Source of the DNA: Nemertoderma westbladi
Taxonomy: Eukaryota > Animalia > Xenacoelomorpha
Length of the DNA: 64,000 nt
Assembly: GCA_032718475.1 (NCBI GenBank)
Contig: JAUCBJ010006842.1
Span: 62,001 to 126,000 of the forward strand
Reading direction: 5' to 3'
This document shows, one piece after another, positions 24,139-37,200 of the stretch. The notes beneath the pieces were generated by a model. The model made no database searches. It saw only the letters and a list, made by a program, of their open reading frames with translations, and was not told where the DNA came from. Position 1 is the stretch's first letter; each line of letters starts with the position of its first letter. A program made the translations under genes and the position numbers.

Positions 24139-24364
24139 AATATGGAACCTGGTAAACTAGTGTCGTGGGTTTACGTAACATTATGGAACCTGGTAAACTA
24201 GTGTCGTGGGCCTACGTAACAATATGGAACCTGGTAAACTAGCGTCGTGGGTTTACGTAACAATATGGAACCTGGTAAACTAGTGTCGTGGGTCTACGTA
24301 ACATTATGGAACCTGGTAAACTAGTGTCGTGGGCCTACGTAACAATATGGAACTGGTAAACTAG
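24139..24364. repeat. 41-bp minisatellite, ~5.5 copies
   Basis: aatatggaacctggtaaactagtgtcgtgggyytacgtaac, starting at the 3' LTR junction. Confidence 0.95.
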
Positions 24365-26597
24365 TTGACAAAGAATTATAATAATATGAACGATATTAAA
24401 TAAAAATATCTTAGTAATATATTTATAAACTCCCCATAATTTGAGATTATAATGTATTTAATTGTTGTGTGATTTATACTATACATATCATAATACTTTC
24501 TATAAGGTTTATTGGAATTATAAATGTGAATATTATAATTATTACATTTATTTATTTCATTTTCCCTCATAATCGAGGAGTATAAATACTTTGTTTGTTT
24601 TATTTATTTTTTATTTGAAATAAACAAAGAAACTGCAACCTAATAAATCTCCAAACAACACCATGGATTCCTACTCGCTACTGACGCACATGAAGAATAG
24701 CGGAGCCCTGAAGTATAATTGAATATCTTCTTGAAATAAATCTTTCCTCCAGAAAAAAAAAACGAAAGAAACCAGCCCATGGAAAGGCGTAAAACAATTC
24801 ATTTAATATTTCTTAAAAGTAGCAGTCAGGTAAGATAAATTAAATGTAGTTGAATTCAATTGATGGTGTTCAATTGACGGTGGGGGGGGGGGGGGGGGGG
24901 GGGGTGTACTAATATTCCATAGCAGCAACAAGGCTATAATGCCTTCTCCAGGTCCCGAAGTGGGTTGTGATTGGCCATCTATATTTAGCTAAATCAAGAG
25001 TATTCCATTTCACTGAATTCTTTAATGGAAGCGGCTTCTTATTGGTTGTAGTAAGAGGTGTGAGCGAATCCCTTGTTTGTAAATAGTATTATGTGTTACA
25101 GTTGCTGTAATACGTACCAGAATTTTATAATTTAATGAATTAACTCTGTAAAAAGAAAATGAATTACCAGAATTAAATTAATTCGCATCAATAATATGCT
25201 TAGAAATGATATCTACTCTATTTTTATTATTTATTTTATTACATACATATAATAAGGCTGCGATATGAGTAATGTTCGTGAAAAATAACTATATGGGGCC
25301 AAAAACATCACGTAAAAACACTGAAACGGGCTAAAAATGATGGAAAACATATGATAGTTGGGAATACATACGAGTTGTACCGTTTCTTATGTATTTACAG
25401 ACATTGCTCAGCGGCCCAAAACGCATGAGTAACCAGTCGTCGAAAATGGCTATCTGGGGCCAAAAATATCACGAAAGAACACTGCTACGGGTTGGAAATG
25501 TTTAAAAAGTATATTAAGGTTGGAAATACATCAGAAATGTATTTATTATAGGAAGGCATCTAGGGGTCTTAACCTCGAATGATAAGTTTATTTTACCGAA
25601 ATACAGCTTGCCAACACATTGTTAGTATCAATAATCAGAAATGTATCGTTTCATAGGTATTTACAGTCGTTGCTCGGCGTCACAATACAATACACAATAC
25701 AAACCCGATTGGTTTGGGGTTTGAGGGGGGCCCCGCCTTCCTCTCGTAGGGCCTCTTATCTAAGATTAGCATGGCACCCCTGTGCCAAAATCGAAATCTC
25801 AGAATCTTTTCTGCTTCGAATACTGCTACATACCTGCAGGCCCATACAGGCAATATTAAGTATGGGTAAACATGGGGTACATGTAAAAGTGTAGAGCCAC
25901 ACCATGGCAGGGACAGAAACAAAGTAACAACACGAACAAATACAAACCCAATACCCCCAGAAGGCCGAGTCCAAGTAACCAAAACGCTAAACTGCTAGAT
26001 ATGAATCTAAGCGCAATACGTGAAGCGCTATATAAGGAACGCTACAATCCCGAATACAAATGTCAATTGCATAGAGATGGGACCCATAAGACCATAGACT
26101 GTAAGCATTGGCAAGCGTTACTTATTTAAGATTAAATTTAAGATTAAAATTATGTTTGTATTACATTACGTATTACATCGGGGTAAAAGTGTAACTTTTA
26201 CTTTTATACTCTCGACTCTTTATTATCCTCGCCGGCCCTCGATAAACAAATTAACCCGAGAATAGTGAAAAATGTATACTTTTTTTCACTAATCTCGTAG
26301 TATTTATATTTGTAATAAAGTGATGAGAGTGTAATAAAGTGATGAGAGTTTTGTACAGTCAAAATAATTTCAATAATTTTCATAATAATATATCAACCTA
26401 AATCTGAAATTTCCAGTTGTATCTTTATATATTAAAAAAACCATTCCACAATTGCAATTGGTGTATTAATGCTTCCAGTCAAATACTATCAATAGCTATA
26501 CTTTACATAATCGTCTCCAGGAAAATTATGTGAGGTGTGACTGACATGAAAATTGTCACAGAAGTTCGCCATAAGATGGGGATTCCGGTGACTTTAA

Positions 26598-27121
26598 ACT
26601 CTTCGCGTAACAACAAAGGCAGCACACTGCCGCCTTTTTCATTGTAAATAATTCAGGACTATGCGCATAAAGGCGGCAGCAGTGTGCCGCCTTTATATAA
26701 TTATAACTTAACCCCAGGGCGGCAGATTGCCGCCTTTACATATATCCCCCACCCCCCCCCCCCCCCCCCCCCCCCCCCAGGGCGCGCGGTAGGGTGTCGC
26801 CTTTATTTAAATCCTCTTATAACTTTCTTATAACTATTGGGGCGGATTAATTGAGTTCATATCCGTTTTGGACAGGAAGACAAACTGGTGTAGAAAAGTT
26901 AATTTAATATTGCTTGAAGGGATTCCTATTGGTTTAGGTTATTTTAAATTATAAAATTTATGCAATTTAATTTTTTGTTAATAATAATCTTAATTTTGTT
27001 TTAATTTTGTTACAAATGATTAAGGCGGCAGTGCGCCGCCCATGGGGGTTCAAATGAAAGGTTTAACAATTTCGAAAATGGTTAAAAAGGCGCGCAGTGT
27101 ACCGCCTTTGAGGGTAAAGTA
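26598..27121. mobile_element. TTAA-flanked MITE (piggyBac-like) with internal palindromes
   Basis: TTAA at 26594 and 27122. Subterminal inverted repeat caaaggc.g.acactgc.gcctttt. About six aggcggcag...gccgcct palindromes inside. Confidence 0.55.
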
Positions 27122-27571
27122 TTAATACGGTTGGTTATCCTCTTTATAAAAAAATCTCTGGTACGACAAGAAAATAAACCTTAGTCCGATCAAATATGTT
27201 TTGGTCCTTGCCTTGGGAGGAAAAATTTATGTTATTTATCTTTGGTACGCAAAGGGTTAATTGTATTGGAAACATGTACCATTTATAAATCTCAAACGGT
27301 AAATGTATTACCAAAATATTTGGAAGCAATCGGATAAATCGTCTTAACCAATGCCTGGGACAAATTTTTTAATAACTAATTGCAAAAAATCATCAATGAT
27401 GATGCGCATCAGTCAGATTATTGATCACAATAAAATTTCCTACCAAAATCACCCAAAACATTTAATATACTCATGCAAGGTTCAGTGAAAACAAGCGCTA
27501 AATCGCGCGTCTACTAACGCATGAACTGTCTCCTTGAATAGCTTTCTAACAGTCTTACTACTGCCACAAAC

Positions 27572-27652
27572 AAAAATCCCCGGGGAAGGGAGGATTGAAC
27601 ACGGTACCAAGAGATTCCAAGTCCCACGCTCTACCGACTTCGCCACTGCGCC
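27572..27652 (-). tRNA. tRNA-like pseudogene or SINE head (anticodon loop CT-TGG-AA, Pro-like)
   Basis: Minus strand reads ggcgcagTGGCGAAGTCGGtagagcgtgggacttggaatctcttggtaccgtGTTCAATCCtccc...TTTTT: A box, B box and Pol III terminator. Acceptor and T stems pair poorly. Confidence 0.55.
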
Positions 27653-28088
27653 GTATGAAGCCTTAAAACCAAAACCCAAATGGAAATTAACAATTTATAA
27701 ACAAACCAAATTACGGTATTCTTTAAAAAGACTAAAGCAAAAGGCTACTAATATATAATAGGAAAAACTCAAAAAATAATTAGCCCAGGAAGGAAACTCT
27801 AAGGATCCTTATTTTCAAATTCCATACCTATTATTAATGTTATCTGCTACTTTCTGTGGAACAAACGTTTCAAAATTATTTTGTTTTGAAACTTTCAAAT
27901 TGAAACAACAAATCAATAATAATAAATTATAATAAGTTCCCCATAGCCCAGCATTGAATAATGTACTGTATTTTAAGCACACAGAATAATCTGCAATAAA
28001 ATCTTTAATATTCGAAGAATCATGAATAAATTGCTCTATCATTATCATTGTTTAACATTGATTTTGTCATTGTTACAGTAGTCTACTT

Positions 28089-29188
28089 TAGTGTTGCAAA
28101 ATCGGGATCCCGATGGAAAGTCCCGATCCCGATCAAAATAAAGAATAAAAAAAAATTATCAGGATTTTTCGGGATTTGCTATATCTGTATTTATGTGCCC
28201 TACAGCTTAAAATTTTTGTAAAATTGTATAAAAATGTAAAATTTTTCCCAATAATAAAATAAAAATTTTTTGTCAAAAACAATAATAATGAAAAATAAAG
28301 TAAAAGTATAGGTAACGGTTTTGCTTTTACAACTACTTGCAGTGCTACAGAGATATATAAATATATATTCATGAATGTCTTTATTATAAATAATATATTT
28401 ATTTTTTTTAACATGATAAACATTTTTATGTGGCAGCTGGAATCACTGTGTTAAGTACAATTCACACATCTCAAACCAGACACTATATAACATTATAGGT
28501 GTCTCATTGGTTCCCCCAAGCTTGAAACTTGAATACAGCCGCCTCCGCCTTGCTGGACATTGTTTTCGTCGTCAGGAGCAGCTTGTTCTTTGGCAGCCCC
28601 ATGAGAAAATAAGCATGGTGGACAGCCCATCGTGAGACGCCGCCTCCTAAAGAACACTGGCCTTGAAGAAAGTCATGGGGGATAGGGAGTTGTGGCGGTG
28701 CAACTTTGTTAACAAGGCGGCATAACATTCTTAATGCACGCTGCATTGGGCTTGCCAATTATGAATTGCATGGTGATGACAAAATGATTTTGTTAAGCCA
28801 GCATAGCATCTCAATGTGCAGCTTCAATGCAGCACGCTGAATATATTATAGAGATGTGGCAGAGGATTCAGTTAGACTGCAGTAGATATATTAAAAATTT
28901 TGCAGAAATTCTATTAAAAACGTAAATGAAATGAAAGTCGTACGTGGGGAATAAACTACGACTGTGAACCATTTGAAAAAAGTCAGTGCATGACCTACTG
29001 TAGACTAGGTCATGGTCAGTGGACATTTTTTTTATATCTAGGCATTTTTTAATACATGAGATTTCTCGAAATTTCTTTTTTACTCCTATAAAAAGGGCAG
29101 TGCAGATAGCTATTTCAAGTTTTGGATGAGAATGGCTGAAATAAAATTAAAAATCTCGATCCCGAATCCCGATACCGTTGCAACACTA
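28089..29188. mobile_element. Non-autonomous hAT-like DNA transposon
   Basis: TIRs TAGTGTTGCAA / TTGCAACACTA, subterminal atcccg repeats, and 8-bp flanks gtctactt / gtttattt (6/8 match). Confidence 0.75.
28500..28835 (+). mobile_element. RTE LINE 3'-end fragment nested in the hAT MITE
   Basis: gggagttgtggcggtgcaactttgt...gcatagcatctcaatgtgcagc matches 62760-62900. Confidence 0.75.
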
Positions 29189-29287
29189 GTTTATTTACTA
29201 CTTTAGAGCGTTGAAATTACGTGTGGAGGTGGAATTGAGTATACATTATGTTATGTTGTTTTGTTAAATAAAACACAATTTCGTAGA

Positions 29288-30553
29288 TTACAACTTCAGT
29301 TTGCGAACAACTCTGGCTACCAATCGCTTCGTAGCTGATCCTTGGAGAATTAATTCCAAATTATTCTTCAGAATCTCATAAATAAATTCTTCTTGTTCAT
29401 GGATATCACTGACTAGCCACTCTTGATGTCTATCCCAAAAGGTCTTAATAAGGGCATTTAGCATTCCCAATACAACATCAAACTCTCGGAAAGTTTGCAC
29501 TCCATCTATGATATTTACAATCCCACCCATTGTCTCATCTTGCCATAACTTTTGTTTCAAAATTTGCGCTGCGAAGAGAAGACTTATTTCTTCAGTTTCA
29601 TTTTCTTCCTCCCTATTTTTGTAATATAAATTTATATATTTTCTCAGTCGTTTCTTCTTCATCCTACGGCCTATACAACTTAATTTTACTAATGACATAT
29701 ATTCCTTTAGATTTTCACTGATGTAGTTATAAATTATCCTAATTTTCCGGTTGTCCATCGTAATTATCATATTGTGCTGCTGTGTAATTTTCACCCTTTC
29801 AACCTGATATCTCATTTCCTCTTCCAAACATAGCATATTTGCTCTCCAAACGTTTGGCAAACTACCATCGCATCGCTTCAATGATGCCTTTACTTCATTC
29901 TCAGTTACATATAATATAATGTCGTTAACAGTTGCCATGTGCTGCATCATTTTCATGTTTGCAATTTTAATCAAATTTTCACTTCGTTTATTTGACCATA
30001 TTTTCAAGCGATTCTCAACTTTATCTCTAAGGTACTCTATTATTTCACTGATTTTCTCTTCAGGTTGATAAATGGAAGGCAGCGTAATTCCAGACACTTC
30101 AGGAGCTTCTAGACGCTTTCGGAATTGAAAGTAGTCTGACAAATAACGCAATTTAGTCCGAAAATCGACATTATCAAAATGTCTTCCAAATTTGACTCGT
30201 ATTATTCTTTCGCGATTAAATGTATCACAAATATCAGTGTGCAAAGACAGTTGATATTCCTTAAAAGGGGTTCGACCGCTTAATAAGTCAAGTGTGTTGC
30301 TGATATAATATTTATGAGCTAAGTAAGAATCACTTTTCCCATCCAGTACTAAAAGTCTTTGGCTGGAATTGGTGTAGCCTTGTAGTTCTGCAGTTATTGC
30401 ACCTGTATTTGAGCACATGATATGAGTACGATTGGTGGTAGTATTCACCAACACCACTACCTCTTCTTCAACGCCATTAGGTCTGGAAATTATCTCAAAG
30501 ACACCTATTGAGGTTCGCGTTATGCAGAAGGGGAAGTCAAGGTAAGGACCCAT
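29288..30553 (-). CDS. Intronless 421-aa protein of unknown function
   Basis: Long ATG-initiated, non-repetitive ORF in very AT-rich DNA. TATAAA about 52 bp upstream (30605-30610) and AATAAA about 93 bp downstream (29190-29195). Basic NLS-like RRMKKKRLRK. Confidence 0.7.
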   Translation of the reverse strand: MGPYLDFPFCITRTSIGVFEIISRPNGVEEEVVVLVNTTTNRTHIMCSNTGAITAELQGYTNSSQRLLVLDGKSDSYLAHKYYISNTLDLLSGRTPFKEYQLSLHTDICDTFNRERIIRVKFGRHFDNVDFRTKLRYLSDYFQFRKRLEAPEVSGITLPSIYQPEEKISEIIEYLRDKVENRLKIWSNKRSENLIKIANMKMMQHMATVNDIILYVTENEVKASLKRCDGSLPNVWRANMLCLEEEMRYQVERVKITQQHNMIITMDNRKIRIIYNYISENLKEYMSLVKLSCIGRRMKKKRLRKYINLYYKNREEENETEEISLLFAAQILKQKLWQDETMGGIVNIIDGVQTFREFDVVLGMLNALIKTFWDRHQEWLVSDIHEQEEFIYEILKNNLELILQGSATKRLVARVVRKLKL

Positions 30554-30815
30554 AACTGCGTCTTAATCTGTGCCAACTAAACCATTGTATTTGTTGTACT
30601 ATTGTTTATACTATTGCATGGTTTCGTTGCATTACTTAACTACGTACTTATGGTTTCGTGACATCGCTCTACTGAATATAGATCGTAATTGATTAACATT
30701 CCCCTCCCTATAATTACTTATTCTATTGTTGGACTGATGTTAAATTATACGTACGTATACGTTATACTATATTTTACATATAATATAACATTTAATATAC
30801 ACTGCAAAGATTGTG

Positions 30816-31427
30816 ACTATATGATACGTACTATATTATACGTACTATATTATACGTACTATATTATACGTACTATATTATACATACTATATTATACGTA
30901 CTATATTATACGTACTATATTATACATACTATATTATACATACTATATTATACCTACTATATTATACGTACTATATTATACGTACTATATTAATTATACG
31001 TACTATATTATACGTACTATATTATACGTACTATATTATACATACTATATTATACATACTATATTATACATACTATATTATACATACTCTATTATACATA
31101 CTATATTATACATACTATATTATACGTACTATATTATACGTACTATATTATACGTACTATATTATACATACTATATTATACATACTATATTATACATACT
31201 CTATTATACGTACTATATTATACATACTATATTATACGTACTATATTATACATACTATATTATACATACTATATTATACATACTATATTATACGTACTAT
31301 ATTATACGTACTATATTATACGTACTATATTATACATACTATATTATACATACTATATTATACATACTATATTATACGTACTATATTATACGTACTATAT
31401 TATACATACTATATTATACGTACTATA
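30816..31427. repeat. 14-bp satellite TATATTATAC(G/A)TAC, left block
   Basis: More than 40 tandem units seen directly. Confidence 0.97.
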
Positions 31428-31428
31428 A

Positions 31429-33713
31429 TATCATCTCGCAGACCACGGTTCCCTCCGGGACTCTGTCGGCGCTGTTATCCGCCCGACTCATCGCGCTAGA
31501 TAAGAACCCCGGCGTCCGACCCATCGGGATCGGCGAGGTTCTCCGACGAGTGATCGGGAAGGCGGCGATCCGCTGCATTCGCGAAGATCTGGAGACGGTT
31601 GGCGGGCCGGTGCAGCTCTGTCTGGGGCAGAAGTCCGGCATCGAGTACGCTGTCCACAGTCTAAATGACGCGTTCGAGCGGGACGACTGCGACGGCGTTC
31701 TCCAGGTGGATGCAACCAACGCGTTTAACGCGCTCAACCGTGAGGGGGCGTTACACAACATCCGCGTAGTGTGCCCCGGGCTCCACAAGATCGTAGCTAA
31801 CTGCTACAGCGAACCGGCGCGGCTGTTCGTGGGGGGGGAAACCTTGCTGTCGGAGGAAGGAACAACCCAAGGAGACCCCGTCGCGATGGCCATGTACGGC
31901 TGTGGGGCGCTCCCGTTCGTGTGCGAGTTGGAGCGTGGGTGTACCACGGATCAGAAATGGTACGCAGACGACGGGAACGCGGCTGGGAAGCTGACTGAGC
32001 TCCTGAAGTTCCTTGTGATCGCGCTGACCCGGGGGCCGCTCTATGGGTACTACCCCACCAAGTGTTGCCTCACCGTGAAACCGGACAAACTTGCGGAGGC
32101 AGAGAAGCTGTTCGCCGGCTACAACGTCTCCATCAACTGTGTCGGGAACAAACTCCTTGGTGGTGTCATCGGGACCGAGGAGTTCCGTCGGAGTTTCACC
32201 CAGGAGAAGGTTGAGGGGTTCGCAGCCGACGTCGAACGACTTAGCGATATAGCGGCGGTGGACCCGCACTGCGCCTATGCGGGGTTGGCGTTCGGCCTGG
32301 CGTGCCGCTGGCGCTACATTGCCCGGGTGGTTCCGGGTGCGACGGACCAGTTCGGGGAGTTGGAGGAGGCGGTAAACCGGTTTCTCTGCCGCCTCACGGA
32401 CCGCCCAGCCATTCCGGTGGATGAGCGGGAGTTGTTGTCGCTGCCGATTCGCGACGGCGGGCTTGGAATACCAGTTCCTCAGGATCTCTCGTCTCAGTAC
32501 CGGCACTCCCGCCTCGTGTGTGAACCGTTCGTCGAGGCCACCGCGGAATCCATGTCGGGGGTCAGGGAGGAACAGATGAAGGTTGTGAAGTCAATCAAAA
32601 TTGTGGCAGCGGCTGTAAACAAAATAAAGAAGGACCAAGTAATAGCCAAGCTGCCCCAACTCCAAGCCAACCTTTGTAACCTGGTAAGCGAGAAAGGAGC
32701 GTCCGCCTGGCTGAACTGCAAACCTCTGACTCTACATGAAACTCACCTCGATAAACAAGAGTTCCGCGACTCCTTGTGCCTCCGCTACGGCTGGACGCCG
32801 CCGAATCTTCCATCTCGTTGTGCCTGTGGGGTGCGATTTACCTCGTCCCACGTCCTGTCGTGCCCCACTGGAGGATTCCCCTCCATTCGGCACAACGAGA
32901 TCCGCGACTTCGTTGCCGACACCCTAACCGAGGTGGCCCACAATGTAGGGGTGGAACCGCAACTCCAGCCATTATCGGGCGAGACTTTCAGTCATCGGTC
33001 GACTTCGACAGACCAGCAGGCGAGGCTAGACGTTTCGGTGAGCGGATTCTGGGGCAACCGCTTCCAGAAGACGTTCATCGACGTCTCAGTCTTTAATCCG
33101 CTGGCAGACACCAACGCGGCGATGTCCCTTCCGGCAGCCCACCTACACCACGAGTCTCGCAAGAGACTCAAGTACGAGGACCGGTTGCGGGAAGTCGAGC
33201 ACGCCAGCTTCACTCCGCTTATCTTCTCGACGTTTGGTGGAACTTCGCCGGCAGCGTCGCAGTTCCTCAAGCGCTTGTCACTGAAGCTGTCCGACAAACG
33301 TGACTACCCGTACTCCGAGTGCGTGGCGTGGGTGCGCAGGCGGCTGAGCTTCGCGCTATTGCGATCAGCCCTCCTCTGTCTGCGTGGCAATCGGTCCGCC
33401 AGGAAGCGTCCGGTGAGGTGCGATGTTGGGGAAACGTCCATCGTCCTCAGTAACGCCGACAGCAATCCGGTGTGATGGGCAGTTCATTACAGTACAGCAG
33501 TATTCAGGTATTAGCTGCAGACAGTACTGGTATTGCAGTCCTGTAGGCAATATTCTACCTTGTGTTTATACGGTTGCTAGGTGATGGGTAATGACAGCTG
33601 GTGGTGGTTGAATTATGTTTGTCCAGTAATTTTTGTGCTTCGTGTGTTATTTTTAAAGATGAATATAATATAATATACTGTCAATGTCCTGAGGAAACAA
33701 AAAAAAAAAAAAA
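31429..33713 (+). mobile_element. CRE-clade non-LTR retrotransposon, 5'-truncated, open reading frame
   Basis: LIALDKNPGVRPIGIGE, VDATNAFN, GTTQGDP, WYADD, zinc knuckle CACG...HVLSC, RHNEIRD, restriction-like endonuclease RLD..IDV...K..KY. Stop at 33475; A15 tail 33699-33713. Confidence 0.9.
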
Positions 33714-34244
33714 TACGTACTATATTATACGTACTATATTATACGTACTATATTATACATACTATATTATACATACTATATTATACATACTATAGTATAC
33801 ATACTATATTATACGTACTATATTATACGTACTATATTATACGTACTATATTATACGTACTATATTATACATACTATATTATACGTACTATATTATACAT
33901 ACTATATTATACGTACTATATTATACATACTATATTATACGTACTATATTATACGTACTATATTATACGTACTATATTATACATACTATATTATACGTAC
34001 TATACTATACGTACTATATTATACATACTATATTATACATACTATATTATACATACTATATTATACGTACTATATTATACATACTATATTATACGTACTA
34101 TATTATACATACTATATTATACGTACTATATTATACATACTATATTATACGTACTATATTATACATTCTATATTATACATACTATATTATACATACTATA
34201 TTATACGTACTATATTATACATACTATCTTATACGTACTATATA
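33714..34244. repeat. 14-bp satellite, middle block
   Basis: Same unit and orientation as 30816-31427. Confidence 0.97.
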
Positions 34245-37200
34245 TTTTTTTTTTTTAACTTTACAATTTATTCACAAAATAATAAAAAACCTTCAGAAAT
34301 ACAAACACAATTATAGGCACTATAAGAAACAATTAAAAACAGTAATTACACAAACGCGGGAAATTTAAAAACTTAAACAACAACAAACAGTTAAACTGCA
34401 CCACCACCAAACAGCCTGTAACCTATCTAAACATGCCTGCGCCTGGCTCTGAGTCGGCATTCGCTAACACGATGGACGTTTCAGCGACATCTGCTGCGCC
34501 GTACCGGTCTCTTGGCGGCAGACCTGAACCCCCGCAGACACATTAGGGATGACCTGAGGAGAGCAAAGCTAATTCGTCGCCGCACCCACGAGATGCACTC
34601 CGGGTATAGGATCTGCCGCTTCTCTACCAGTTTTAACGCGAGGCGCTTGATGAACTGGCGACACAGCGGCGCCATTCCTCCGAAAGTCGAGAAGATGAGA
34701 GGAGTGAAAGTGGCGTGTTCCACCTCCCGGATCCTCTCGTCGTACTTCCGGATCTTCCGCACCTCATGGTGGAGATAGGTGGTGTCCAGCGACATTGCCG
34801 CATTGGTTGCCGCCAGCGGGTTGAAAACCGACACATCAATAAACATCTTCTGGAAGCAGTTGCCCCAGAATCCGCTTACTGACACGTCCAGTCTCGCCTG
34901 CTGGTCTGTCGAGGTGGGGAGGAGGGAGAATGTCTCTCCCGTAAGTGGCTGGAGCATTGGCTCGACAGCCACATTGTGCACCACCTCGGTCAGGGTATCG
35001 GCGAAAAAATCGTGTATCTCGTTGTGTCTCCCCAACTGGGAACCCCCCAGTGGGACACGACAGAATGTGGTTTGTAGAAAATCGTGACCCACAGACACAA
35101 CGAGAGGGGAGATTCTTTGGCAACCACCCATAATGGAGACAAACGGCATCTCGGAACTCCTCCTTGGAAAGGTGAGTGTCATGTAGCGATAGTGCTTTAC
35201 AGTTTAGCCAGGCAGACGCACCTTTCTCTGTATTCAGTAGGCCTAACCTGTACTGTTGTATATCTAACTGGTGGTACACCTCCTCCTTTTTAGCTTTCGC
35301 TACCATGGAGGAGGAGGCTGCCACCAACTTAGCCACATGCATCTGCTCTTCCCTGACTACCGCCATCGACTCACCCTCCAAGGAGACAAATGGATCACAA
35401 ATACTCCGAGAGTTTGCATCCTGGGATTGTAAATCCTCGGGGACTGGGATCCCCAACCCCCCATCCCTAACTGGAAGCGACAACAGCCGTCGTTCAACCG
35501 GCACTACGTGCGGCCGTTCCAACAACCTAAAGGAACCGCTCCACAGACTCTTCCAGCGAATCAAAACTGTCCGTCGCTCCTTGAACAACTCGCGCTAGGA
35601 ACTGCCAACGGCAGGCGAGTCCAAAAACTAGGCCGGCGTAGGCGCAGTGCGGATCGACTGTGGCAATGGTGGCGAGGCCATCTACATCAGCGGCGAATTC
35701 CCCGACTTTCCGCTCGATGAACTCGCGCTGGAACTCTTCGCTGCCAATGAGACCACCGAGGAGTTTATTGCCCGTGGTGTCGATGGAAACTCCAGTCCCC
35801 GCGAACTCTGCCCTTGCCTCTTCGAGCTTCCCCGGCTTTATGGTGAGGCAGCACTTGGTCGGATAGTACCCGTAGAGCGGTCCCCTTACTGATACCACGT
35901 CCCAGAATTTCCGGAGTTCTTTGATTTTACCAGCGGCGTTCCCATCATCCGCATACCATTTCTGAACAACAGAGCAGGCTCAAACCAACTCCAGCAGTAA
36001 CGGTATAAGTCCGCACCCAAACATCGGTATTGCCACCAGATCGCCTTGGGTTGAGCCCTCCTCCGAAAACATTGTTTCCCCCCCAACGAACAAACACGAT
36101 GGCTGATCGTAGCAGTTCACCACAATAGTGTGGAGTGCGGGACAGACCAGCTGAATGTTGTGTATCGCCGCCTGGCGGTTCGGCGCATTGAAAGCATTAG
36201 TTGCATCAATTTGCAGCATTGCATCACAGTCTTCGGAGGCAAAGGCATCGTTGAGGGAGTGGATTGCGGATTCAATACCGGCCTTCTGGCCGAGACACAT
36301 CTGGACGGTTCTGCCCACTTCCTGAAGATCCTCGCAGATGCAGGACATTGCTGCCTTGCCGACTACTCGCCGGAGGACCTCGCCTATCCCTATAGGACGG
36401 ACTCCGGGGTTTTTGTCGAGTACGAGCAGTCACGAGGACAGGAACGAGGAAAGAACTCCAGGGGGAAGAACTGTCTGAGAGATCAGCTTTCCCAAGTCTG
36501 CAATTCGGTTGCAAAGGTCTGCTGACTGAGTCCGGAACTTTGTTAAAAGGTGTTTCCACCCTTGAACATCCAACCCCGAAGGACCGGCAGCATTCCCTCT
36601 CATTCGCAGTAAACTGGACAATATAAGTTGCCCGTTTAACTGCTCAAAGATACACACTGTGGTACTCTGGGGCTCCATCGAACTTGTCGAGGAGGATTGA
36701 CTCGTCCGCGGGTTTGGCGGCCGGGTGTTTCTCACGCAGAACGTCTCGAACCACTTTGCTCGTTCCATCTTTGTCCAAGAAGGTGCCGTCAAGCCTTAGT
36801 GGTTTCCCCCGTTGAGGTCGCTAAAGCACCATTTCCCGTCAGCATGTGGCGCGCACGAATGCCTTCTGCATGGCCACATTCTGAGACTCACCACGGAACC
36901 GCTTTTTCGGGAGATGCGCCTGAATCGCTCTGGCCTCCACTAGGAGGTCGTGGAACTCGGCTCGCTTCCAAGTCTCCAATCGGCTTTCAAGAACCCGCCG
37001 GTGAGTTCCGGTTGTTGACGAGCGGCTTGGTTTCTGAAGTAGCAAAGCCGGGGCCACCATCAGAGCCATTAGCGCGATGGGTTGTAGGACGCTACCCGAC
37101 GTAAACAGTTCTACGAGTCGCGTCAATCCCGCTACGAAATCACGCCCAACCGCACCCTGCGGAGTGAGAAACAGGTTGGGACGCCAGTGGATCACAATGT

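Noticed and set aside
24139-24364. CRISPR-like appearance of the 41-bp array (also the 30-bp arrays)
   Set aside because: No unique spacers, no cas genes and a eukaryotic context; these are simple tandem repeats.
31751-32506. 251-aa antisense ORF and other antisense ORFs in CRE, Gypsy and CR1
   Set aside because: Shadow ORFs of GC-rich coding strands with no recognisable motifs.
30689-33475. 928-aa ORF with a YYTYYII-rich N-terminus fused to RT
   Set aside because: The 14-bp satellite has no stop codon in any + frame, so read-through into the truncated CRE ORF is expected by chance.
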